A DNA stretch of 64,000 bases from Botryllus schlosseri (Eukaryota): NCBI GenBank assembly GCA_051294905.1, contig CM119378.1, forward strand, positions 8,308,001-8,372,000, read 5' to 3'. The notes under the pieces were generated by a model. That model was not told the origin of the DNA and did no database searches. It saw only the letters and a program-made list of their open reading frames with translations. Positions within the stretch are counted from its first letter, which is position 1. The number at the start of each line of letters is the position of its first letter. The position numbers were made by a program, and so were the translations under genes. Shown piece by piece: positions 1 to 12,200 of this stretch.

Positions 1-1094
1 GTGTGTTTGACACCCCTGTTCTAGACATATAAGGAACTATAAAAAATAGATACAATAGTTTTAGGTAAACTGTTCAAACAAATTTGTATGCAAACGATAA
101 TGTGCACGAACACGATTCCTTGGTGCAATTATAAATTGTAGTAGGCTGACTATATGGTGTATAATCATGGCGCTTAGTCGACATTCGACAATTCTACCGG
201 CTTCTCATGAGAAACAAAACATCATTCAGTATCCAATTCATATTCAGCAATATCCGCTTCACGATATCTCTATAGTCTAGATATCCCTGATCTATTAGCG
301 CCTATGATCGAGATCGCCTACAAATGTAATACAATTGCGAACACAGAGCATGAAAATTCGCATCAGAGTAGCCTACACCCTAATTGTTATAGAATTGCCA
401 CGACGCTCTTCCCTGCAGATTTCAGTTATCATCATGTAGGCTACTTCAGCAAGCGGAGCGTAGTTTGACTATAGGCCGGGTGCGAAAATAGAAGGCGCAA
501 CCTTCAAAAAGATGTGCTTTAATCTGCAGCGGGTATAAAATCAGTACAAAATAAATTATCAACGAACCATAAAAAACACAACTTGAACAACACGAAAGAA
601 ATAAGAGAATATACAAAAGTACATACACGTGCACGTGCACGTCGTGCAGTCGTACACGTTACAAGCTGAAATGTTATATCGAATCACACAGTTCAAAGTT
701 CATACTGCATTTGCACTAAATCGAGGATAGACGCGCCAGTGGAAGCGGAAATCATGATTGCTATCTCCTATGATATGATTGCTTATAACATAACCACGAG
801 CAGAATATCAAAAACGCGTAAAATGACGCAAAAGCTACGAATGTTTCGGGTACGTCTTCGAATCGAAATAATCAACCTTAAAAATATTGCAAACATAAAC
901 TTTGCGCAATTTTGACCAACCGAAGAATGAATAGAAATCAATTTACAATATGACTGCACTTGAAAATAATACTTCCAGTTCTGAAACTGTCGGTCCAGCA
1001 TATTTACATGTGCTCTACGAGCACTCGGAGTCTACTACGTTGTCATGATTTTTCGCAAACGTTCCGCAAATGCACAGCAACACGAAATCCCCCA

Positions 1095-4000
1095 TCATCG
1101 CCTGTAGTACGAGTAGTCGCTACCTATGGAACCGTCGTTATCGGTGTCTGTCATTGAATTGCCGTGCATCCGGGGATAGGGACCCAAGGAAGGGTAAGCC
1201 GAAGCAGTGGGCATGCGTGCTCTGTAACGGCGATCATCTCCACTCCCAGTGGGATATCCATAAAGGTAGCTACTGCAATAGAACGCGTGGTGTCAGGAAA
1301 TATTTAGCACTTTATACCACGGGATGTATGTTGATGTTCTTTTGTTTCCTGTTTTCTTTTGCCCTATTTATTTTATCTAATTGAAAAGTCGATTTATATA
1401 TATATATGTCGAAAAAAAAATTCCAAACAAAATTGACTAAGTCTAGCCACCACATCTGATTTTGCACAGAGCTGGTCAGTATCGAGGTACTTCTACTTTG
1501 TTCGAGTACACAAGTATTGCCTACTATAGCACTAGTTATTTAAGTAGTCATATTATTAGATTACTTGCACTCAGCAGTTTATAGGCCCTATGCATCCTTC
1601 ATACTTTGGATTTTGTAAAGTAGAAATTCGTTTTGAGGATATGCTCCCATCACTATTACGAATGAAAATCTCATGACAACTGGGGTGGGGGGAAGACCCC
1701 CTGTATCATGGTGACCGGCTACATTCTCGGCAAATTGTACGTATTTGTAGTGTGTTTATTGGTCATTTTGCGTTAGTCGCGAAGATGCACCTTGCTATTT
1801 TGGTAATGGCCACCACAGATTAACTGTTAAATGTAAGTGATCCACCGACCAAATCTACTTGTTCAAACTACTCTAAATGCCTCTCAGATCTCCACTTTCT
1901 ACATCTATATTTGAAGCAGTTTTGACATGCCTCGTAAGTTCCATACTTCTGCTTATTTGAGTAGAAATTTACGGCGTCACCTCTATACTTCTACAATGGA
2001 GTACTTCGACCGCCTCTGGATCCGTATTCTATAAATAACATGTCTTATTATCGCTGACCAATCAACCCCTTACTTTTGCTTAATGCTCCGTCCCTTTACC
2101 ATGTATTTCCGAGTCAAATGAGCCAGTTCCAACAGATTGATGACGATTGACAGTGAAGAGACGACATACATAAAGTGAAGAAATATGGTTTTTTCCTGCG
2201 TTAAATAGAATCGTGTGAAATAGATTATGCGTGCATCCTTCGGAGGCATAATCAAAGCACGCGTACCCGTGGTCTTGATACATAGCAGTCGACCGTTCGT
2301 GGGCACGGATCAGCGGTACACACATACAGTTCGTTGACCTCAAATTTGTACATGTTGTACTGCGTAAAAACAAATAAAGCATTGCGTTAAATTGGCGATC
2401 TCAGTAACATGTGCAATTGCGCATTCATGGTTGAAAATATTCACTCATCCAGAAAAATAGCAACACCATTTCAACGCCATAAACGTTTGCTACATCATAC
2501 ATTATCTATGACAGGGGTGGCCAACCTGCGGCCGTAGAAGGAAATTTGTACGGCCGTGAACACGTAATTCAATTAGCATGTGTTGGCGGCCGTCGACATG
2601 CAATTTGAATTAATGAGTTGACTCCCGATTTCTTGAAAGATTTTAATTAATCTTGAAATTTTCTTCGCGCTGGGCGCGATTCATGTTGACTTCATTTTTC
2701 GATTAATATAGTAGCGCCTTTTGCAATCGGAACCCAACAATACAGATGCGAACAGCAAAAGAAAATGATGCGCCTCATATGGAAATACCAACTCGGAATC
2801 GTGTGCTCCTCACTATACTGACAATCCTGATGGTGGGTCAAGAAATAACAGCATGCTACAAAGTGACTAATAACGATTGGCCCACCCAAAGATGCATCAT
2901 AATTTATAACTTGCCCCAAATTTCCGAAAACACCCCTGCATCAACTCTATACCGGTGAATCTGATCACATTGGCTGAGAAGGATAAATATTTGGTAGTAA
3001 TATGTAAAACTACCAATATCAATGACGAAACTCATAAGTGAATCTGAAAAAATTTTCGCGCTTCGCGCTACTATCAGCATTCCCTTAACATTACCAGTAA
3101 CCATTCGCTATTTAGGTGCGTATATTAAGCCTACATCATTAAATATGCTGGTCGGGAGTTCGCCGGAAATGGACATACACACTTTAACCTGGGTATTTGG
3201 CGCCCAGCCCGTTCATTACGACTATTCCCTGGAATGCGGCCGTCGGCTATACATGAGTTGTCGAAATGCGGCCGTGAATGGCAAAAAGGTTGGCCACCCC
3301 TGATCTATGACGTCATCGGATTGCCGAAACCTATTAGCCGATTTTCAACCTGCGACTAATATATACAAATGCATAGCAGTGAATTTTGAACGCACTTGCA
3401 AATACAGAAATACCGCCTCGATGGCGATTGTGAAGATAGTCTGGGTGAAATATGCCACAGATATCGCCCGCGTCTTCATGACTTCGGATTTTCCGTCTTT
3501 GTTGTACACAGTTTTCATTTTCACTTGTTTTCTGTAACGAGATGCGTTGCATACGCGTTTTCATTGGAGTAAGATAGTCAGTATATATGTTATTTTGAGC
3601 ATCCGTGTGCACTGTGCAGTGTGCATGTTTTGGTGAAGAAAACAGTGATTCGACTATACTGTATCTGATGAAAACCGACAGAGGAAATACCCGAACAGTA
3701 AACGCACATTGACCAACTGCGTCTACACCATGTGGTGAGACATGTCTTTTCATCGCTGTCCATCTTATTAGATTCCTCTGCGTATAGGTTATTGCTCATC
3801 GAGAGTGCTGTTTACGTGTAACTGTGAATGCCTCTTTTAAGCACGTTTATCGACTTCTGTTGGTATAGGCTATTTATGCAGGTCAATGTGGATATTTGAT
3901 TGGTCTACATACATCAACAAGTCGTTTCGATTGCTTCTTTCCTTCATATTACCGCATTCCGAGACATTTTTTATTTAATGATAAAGCTCTGATTACTTCT

Positions 4001-7000
4001 TGGGTAATGCGTTGCACTATGACGATTACTATACTCACTTTTCCGGTTCCATATTGACCACCTCAATGTGCGGATGAAAAGACGCACGACCTTCTAGATT
4101 CATGGAGTTGTTCTTCGTATCTTTGACTTTGTGAACAAGCACCCCCACCGCTGCTAGAAATCAGGTACAGTATTCATAATTGGCGCAATGTGGAATAAAT
4201 CTGCAATAAAGTCGTTCTTATGCCCATCTCCTACCGGGTTCAGTTCTAGGTTAGACAGCGCCTAAAACTGTTGTCATCGATCTTCGGTAACTGATGAATT
4301 ATAATTATTTTGATGCACTGCATCTCAATGTGTCGCATGCATCTGAAAAACTCTCCCGAATCTGACAAAAATGAAATCAATCACCGACGGAGGCTGTTGA
4401 TTTTCTCGGGTAAAATATTATTATCATAGCCATCATACGGTTGCGGGCCCGGAATTCGATAAAGTCTGCACGAAATTTACAATTCCCATAGCCGGGAAAG
4501 AAAAGATAATGCGGGCGTACAATTTAGTTAGCCTTCAGAAAACGAAATCCCATCGGATGTTGAAGCTGATTTCCCACGCTGAACTCGTTGGAATTCGAGA
4601 ATGCGGAGCGGTGTTGAGTATCTCCAGAAATCGCAAGGTGGAAACGATGATGGCATTTAAGCGTAAGGTGAAAGGGCGTGAAGATGCGTGACGAAAAACA
4701 CGAGCGCTAAGTTTTCTTTCCGCTTTGCTAGCCTTCCAAACGAAATAACTCTAAAAATGATCGCACCCAGGTACGACGCATATACGTGACATGAATAGAT
4801 CGCCAGTTAAATTCTGTACGTTCGTGTCCAATAGGCGATAGAAAATCAAACGGAACCAGCGGCTATGGCAGATCTATGAAATCACCAGCCGTATGACATG
4901 CACGATTGCACGTCATCAAAATTACAGTTTAAAGAGCGTCCCATCGCATACCCCGTGTAGCCTTTGCGTCATCATATAAAATCATCTGAACGTGCCCACT
5001 GTCCGTTCGTCATTTGGTGCATTGCGCTGTCGGCTACAACGGGTCAAAGGTCACATTCATTATACGGAAGCGCGGCGGAAATGTATCACTTGATTGCTTG
5101 CGATATTTTCAAAGTGTTTAATCCGATGAATTGCTGTTACCATCCCGATCTTGCAATGTCACCATAGTTAAGACTTAAAAGATTTCACGCGTTTATGATT
5201 CGTGGGTATGCGCATTTTGCATTAGATGATGTATACAACCCAGACATCCACTATGAATGACTCACACATTTTCAGTTACGGGGTAATAGAGAAAGTCTTA
5301 AAAAGTTCAAGGCATCAGCACAATAATTTCGCAAACAAGGCTGTAATCACGGGTTTCGGTATAATGAGTTGAACATAAGATATTCTAGGATTTTGTGCAT
5401 CTGGAAATGTTTCAATTTGGAAATTTAGCCTGATTAGCGCGGCCGATGAAACATATGGCAGATTGATAGTAAATTCATTGGTGAAATTACTTGATCTTCA
5501 ATGCCAAAAGTATAATAATACCAAGTTAGAACAAAACAAAATTCAATTCAGGTACAAAAAAAATTAGGGTTAGCCCATGAATATACATTTCGATTCCGAG
5601 CAAGAAGATTCAACATTTATCCGTTTACAAATATCACCTAATCCTGCAACTTTAGAGGAAAATATCAAAGTTCGCAAACACATGATCCACCTTATTTGGG
5701 GATGTAAACTGCGTCACGGTTACGCGTAATTCAGTGTTATCATCACGAGGGGAATTTCTAAGGAAACAGCACCGCTAACGAAATAACTGGAATACGGGTC
5801 AAATTCTCCCTATAATCGATGTCACTCGGCGAAACTATGAATACCGTAACCCCACCTCACCCATTATGCGCACCACGCAAAAGTCAAGATGAGTATAGTA
5901 TAACGATGTTGTTCACTGCTGCGGATTTACATTAAACACTTCACCACCACAATACCACAACCCGACGTGATAAGACTAGAAAACACCCAATGATATACCA
6001 TATCAGATAATTACACACTCAAGTAGCTGGTTAAGTGCTTTCGTCACGAATAAATCAAGATGATACGACTGTGTGAAGAAATTGCGATCGAAAAGATCTC
6101 ACAAATGTTCTGCAGCATATATAGAATTAAAGATGTCGGAAATACAACAGATTAAATCCTTCATTGCATGACCTTACATGTACAAACAGTGATAAATTAT
6201 ACCAAACAGTTACCTCCTCAAGGAGCTGGGAAAGTGCATACTCCCCGACGAGACCAGGATGTATTATACCGTGGAAAGAATGGCACTCGAGAATATTCCG
6301 TGCTATGAAGTGTTGCGGTTGATATGAGGGGCTACGACAGACTAAACAATCAAATATTCAAAAGATTACTGTTATATCCATCCACCCTGTTAGCAATTTA
6401 TCAAGTATACTTCGAGTTCGAGACCGCCATTTCTTGATAATGCATGACTAATGACTATACCAGCACGGTATTAATGACTGTAGCAGGTGTCTCCCTCGAA
6501 CACGCGGTCTGCTACAAGATTCTACCAAACTATGCGTGCTAATTTCTTCGCAGAAACTATTAAACATGATTTTACTCTAAGCTTGATCCTAATAATTTGT
6601 TATTTTCCTATGCTCAATGCTCAGCTGTTTCGCGCGATTTGATCAGTTTGTCTTTCGATTGTGCAGCATGTTAGCGTTAGGTTTGCCGACGATTACCCCT
6701 GGTGAGTGTGAGCCGAACCCGAAAATATGCGGGTTATTTCAGTATGAATGTACTTTTCAATTGTATATTGAAGCTATGTACTTCCAAATAGGCAAATACT
6801 AGAAGTACTCCAAATTGGTTTGTGCCGCGGTTAGGCTCAACGAATAACGATTCCCGGCCGACGACGAATTATATTGTGCCAGAAAATAACATGCTTCAAA
6901 GCAAAGCTGAGAAATAAAGATTTTTACAAGTCTAGCTAGAGTGATCTATACGGGAAGAATTCGCCACCCCACCACAAAAGCACATCAAGATGCCGATGCA

Positions 7001-9179
7001 ATAAGACCGACGTAATGAAAGTTCAAATTATAAAAACACCACCACAAAGGAAGCTATTCGCTACCTAGAGATACGTTGAATACGTTACGATCGCGGTGAA
7101 TGAGGCATATAAAGCACATCAGACTTTACGTACTTGGTCGTCCGTCGGGTAAGTCTTCGTAGTGAGGCAAACTGGAATTGTTGCTCCGACTCCTCGACTG
7201 CGCGATACGCTGCTCGTCCGCGTAATTCAATTTCTTTCGGCGGCGCCGGTTCAAATTTCGATTTTCAAATTCGTCTGGAAAGAGCGAGGTTGAAATCAAG
7301 GGCAAAGTATGTGCACGGAAGTGTTAGTCGCTGTTACCCGCAAACAGAACACACAGCCTTAACATTGAATAAAACATGGTGCTTTGTTGATAGTGTTGGC
7401 ATACTTTTGTTTAAGACTGCACAGTGCACACTCACAGTAATTTAGTTGGTGGTGGACTTGGACAAGTAGATAATTCTAGTTGTCGAACTGGATCAATCAA
7501 AGCGACATGCCGGTAAACTAATTTTAGTCTAATTTGTGAAATCTTGCTTTTCTCTAATTCTGGTCTAATCCGTGAGTTATATGATCTAATTTTAATTATA
7601 ATAGAATTTCTTTTTTTTTATAAATGATACACGAGAACTGTAATGCGAAACCCTCATAAGAACGAATGATTTAATATTAACGGAACTTGATTGAATGTCT
7701 GAGTTTTCGTGAATTCATTAATTTTAATTCTAATCTATTTTGGAAGGAAACTGTGTAGCTAAAATTCTAATTTAAGCTAATTTCGAAATAGCTGTAAGTA
7801 CAATTCTGATTGTACTCTAATTTGGAGAAAAAAACTTTGTAGCTGTAATTCTAACTCTAATCTAATTTTGAAAAACTAAAAATTTTCTATCGCTGTCAAG
7901 TCCGGTTGGCGGTACCATGGAAGGGTGTCGTTATTTTGTACGAGTATTAGCCAGGCATCATATAGAGATGTTGCGAGTAGGTTATAATACCGAGACAATG
8001 ACACGAAATACTCATAAATTACCAGATCGCTGGTCAGCAAGTTCGCAGCCTCCCTCTTCGTTCCTAGCTGATAGATTCGACATCTTGTGCAAAGCGAACA
8101 CCACAAATATCACGCTTGGCATTCCGACAATTAATATCTGCACAGCCCAGAACCTTTAAATTTCAAATATGCTCCGTGGTAAGAAACGTTGGTACAGAAT
8201 GTTTCGAAGAAAATACGTGTACATGTAGTATACATGCCGAAATCTTATGCCTTCGCGAAGGCCAGTGACTACCCTTGGCAAACACTCACGATCTTATTAT
8301 GAGTTCACGGCATTGTGTCCGTTTTCGAAATGGCGATGCTCCGTCGGGACTTCATATTCCATTTTTCAGAATTCGTTTGTTTACTTCGCAAGAAACTTAA
8401 TCATGACTAACGTAAAATCACAATATTAGAGCATAATAGGCCTACGTATTACGCAACATGCGTCAATGTATTATTACCGTGATATACACTACAAGTTAAG
8501 TTACAAAGGGGTCCGCGTAACAAGGAATAAGGCGTAACAATTCAGTCAACAAATGTTCGGCTTTGATTAAACTTGATCCGTAGAGGTTCGAGCGATCTTG
8601 GTAACACACGAAATGCTACTCGAAGATGGTGGTAAAACTCATTCACAGTTATTCACCGGAACGGTTAACTGTCGTTTTAGACAGCGGGCTGTATTTCAGA
8701 ATTAGTCGGCTTTAGCCATATTACAGGTTTCCTGAATGCAGCCTATACATATGACAGACGATATCACATATACGGATATAAGGGTTTGATCGCAACAGCG
8801 TTTTGCGAATTGCATGCTTTCAAGTAACTTACTGGTCAGATTGACCCGCTTCCCAGGCCGGTTTGGTCATCGGATCGCTAACTTGCTACTTCTTTACTCT
8901 CGATAGATTTACTGTTACGCCAATATAAATGAGTTTAGGATGTCAATAACCATTAATTTCTATACACCCATGGGCGCAGTCAGCGTGCAGTGAAATTTGT
9001 CGAACTTCTTATTCGTACATTGCAAGGTCATTCTTTTTATCATGTCACAATGTATATTCGTTACGTCGTTATTGCGAAGATTTAATCCCCCTCAAATTTT
9101 TATCCGCACAGACCTGCATCAGCGACATGTATAATATAATACGATAGGGACCCTGATAACGAAAATTTCAGAGGCCCTA

Positions 9180-9210
<31 letters not shown>

Positions 9211-12200
9211 TATTAGGCTACTTTGGGAGACATTTGCACTTATTTTTGTAGCAGTTGGGGGACGAAAAAAATTGGGAGACAATTTTGTGTCCCCCTAATT
9301 CTTGGCGACATTTTTCCCTCGGTTGCTATCGTCTGTTAAGCAAATCCGTTTGGGACCACGCTTATTAGTCCCTCATTTGTCCCTTCCAAAAGAAATCAAG
9401 TCATGAAGTAGCAGGAATTTCGAGTTACAATGGCGACATTTTGACCCCTGTATAAACCCCGTATTTTGAAAAGTGGCATTAAGTCGACAATCAATAGGGG
9501 GGATTTTCTTCCACTTTTCGCGTGTATAAAATGACACCGCTTTGCATACATGATAGTTTTTGTTTAGGATTTACTCAGTTTAGACCATTCCAGTATATAT
9601 AGGGATTTTAAGACTTTATACACTGTTTTAAAAAATGACGACATAAAAAATGCTGACTACCATTGTGATGACTCGACATAAGTTCTAGTTGCGATCTTGG
9701 TAGACACCGCGGATCGTACGATTTTAATGACGACTCCTATTATTTGGGCCCTGATTAGCTCTTGGCAAAGGCGAAAGGGCACTATACCATCGTTAAATTT
9801 TGTTGTTTAACACTCGTGATACATATTGTGAAAAAGAATCCCTGCTTTACCTTAATACAACTCCATCAAATATATGTATTGGTTATAGCATGATAAATAT
9901 TCTGTAGTATTCCCCGCACCCAATATATCGAGCTGATAGGTCGTTGATTTGCTTGTGTCAAGACAGCTTTAAGATGCTCTGTCAGTTGCGAGCGTAAGGC
10001 ATATACCTTTTGTCAGTTATTCTCAACCTTTCATGTCTTTGCGGACCCCTTTTGGACCGTCGCGAGCCTCAGCGAACCCCCGACTTTTATTTCTAATTTA
10101 GCTCAAATTATTGTTTCCGCTCAAGCCAGACAATGTGCAATGCGGTACTAAAGATGCATTGCGACATATTGAACAGAGAAGAGAATGGTAAAACTACCAA
10201 GCACGGTTATTATTAATCTATAGCATCCATCTCGGCCTAATCGTGAAGGTGATTGGCTTCCATTTTTTCTCTTCAGCTGTGTTTCAGTTGCTTGTCCTGG
10301 CAATTCAGTGTTCGCTTTCCTGGCATTCGCAAATCCATGTCTTTGTCGGAGGAGTAGCCCAGATAAACCAAGGAGGGTTGTTGCAAATAAGAAAGGATTC
10401 ACCTTACTAATGCTCAAGAGAGAGAAAGAGAGAAAGCAAACAAACTTATTTTTATCTTAACCATCGGATACCGTGGATACCAGTTTTCGAATCTTAGGTC
10501 TGACCCGCCCGGGGATTGAACCAACGATTTACAGATCAAAAAGCCGCACGCATCACTGCTACGCTATCTCCCCCATTCCTGCCACACCCAGATATTCCTA
10601 CCCCGCTTGGGGGAGGGCGAGCTCGAATGGTGCCAAAATTATTTCGTGAATGAACACTAATTATTCGCTATTTATTTGAAAATTTTCGTAACTTTTTAAT
10701 TTTTCTCGCGCTGTACGCGATTTCATGTAGATAAATGTTTGTTTATTAGGCACCCTTCCTCCACAAAAAATGCGCATCATCTGTAGACGTAGGCATCTAA
10801 GCGAGCGTTGGCCATTACCACGCCACGATGTAAAAAGACATATAAAGTGTGGGTCAACATGGGTCTCAGAGAAGTGAGCCAAAAAGATCGTCAGCAAGAA
10901 AACATTAGCCGAAAAGGATTTCCCTTATGTTGACCGTAAACTTCGATATAAAAATGTCTTGATCCGGGTACCTAAATTGCTGGCGCCGAATATTCATGTC
11001 GTGTCAATCTGGACCAGATGAATATAAAATGTGACCTAATATGGCCGCGGGTGTAATCATCCCTCTCCACACCCACAATAATTTCGTTGCTAGAGAGAGG
11101 AGAACAGCAACGACTAGCATAATAACAATATATCTCGTCGTAATTTTCAAATTATGTGCAAGGTCCAACGGACCATGTGACCTCAATCAGCTTTCCATAC
11201 CTTCGTAAGTTTGTAGCAATTCCCTAAATGATTGTAATCACCCTATCATCTTACCAGAAACGCATATCTGGGTTGAAAACGCGTGATATCAATCAACCGT
11301 AATTTTAACATTAAATTCAACTGACGTAGCTCATGTCATCCGCTCATACCATGCAGCAGTGTTGCTTGAAAAATCAAACTCATTTATTCGTCATCACGTA
11401 CAAGGATAAAATGACTCTGCAAAGCTAACATAAACAAATAATGATGATCAGGCTGAAATGTGGCGATATAGGTTCGGAAAGCAGCCAACTGCAAAGTTGA
11501 CTTGTTTTGTCATTTCATAACGTCACAATGCTGCGGCAAGAGAGTGTCCATTCAAACACCTATCACTGGCTATCAGACATATTGTGGTATCAGTTGTAAA
11601 TACCCAGAGTGTCGGTTTCGCACAATGCGCTGGTTACAACGCTCGGTATAATCTAGGCTTACAACCGATAATCTTACATTATATGCATTGCACTAACTAA
11701 AACATGGGTACAGATATTCTATTTTCCTTATATTAACACACGGTAAGAAGCAGTCAGATTCGGCTATCAATTACGGCCCCGTCCATTCAAGCCAAGGCAA
11801 CAATACATATATTGACATTGACAGTCTGATGGTTAAGTGATCAGACCGTCACGTCATCATCGTTGATCATTATGGCAGACTAGGGAGACCGCAGGCACTT
11901 TGATCAGAATTGCTTGACGGCAAATTCATTAAAGTGTCTTCCCAGCTATCTTGACGTCTCGATTGTTTGCAGTGGCTGAAAAACAAGGCAGCGATCTAAT
12001 GCCAAATTGTTAGCTCCATGCACAGTACATACGTTTGAAGATTATACACAACTCCAGTAAATTTCAAAACAAAAATGCAACATGATAGGTTGCTTCATCA
12101 AGATGGAGCTTTATCATAGGCCACACACTTGATTTTGAATCAATGAAACGAAAAGGCAGATGTTATCGTAACTATGTGCTCACTCACACAGCGTATATAT

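Noticed and set aside
2080-2382. Track ORFs 2070..2306, 2080..2382, 27762..28076 and 27772..28047 as stand-alone genes
   Set aside because: They are pieces or wrong-frame readings of connexin exons 7-8 and the short intron between them.
3334-3753. 139-aa ORF and its paralogue 28255..28575
   Set aside because: Wrong frame over connexin exon 6; the TM3 frame is the one that splices consistently.
4509-4691. Plus-strand small ORF in the conserved intronic block
   Set aside because: A 2-nt indel and a different upstream sequence in B break equivalence; no homology recognised. Kept only as a conserved non-coding block.
6960-7065. Possible extra connexin loop exon after a TAG acceptor
   Set aside because: In-frame stops, and the acceptor context is not conserved in B.
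7500-7880. TCTAAT arrays, GACTCG/CCGACTCC arrays and the 350-bp tandem units as CRISPR-like or telomeric arrays
   Set aside because: Irregular spacing, no unique spacers, eukaryotic context; they are subterminal repeats of MITEs.
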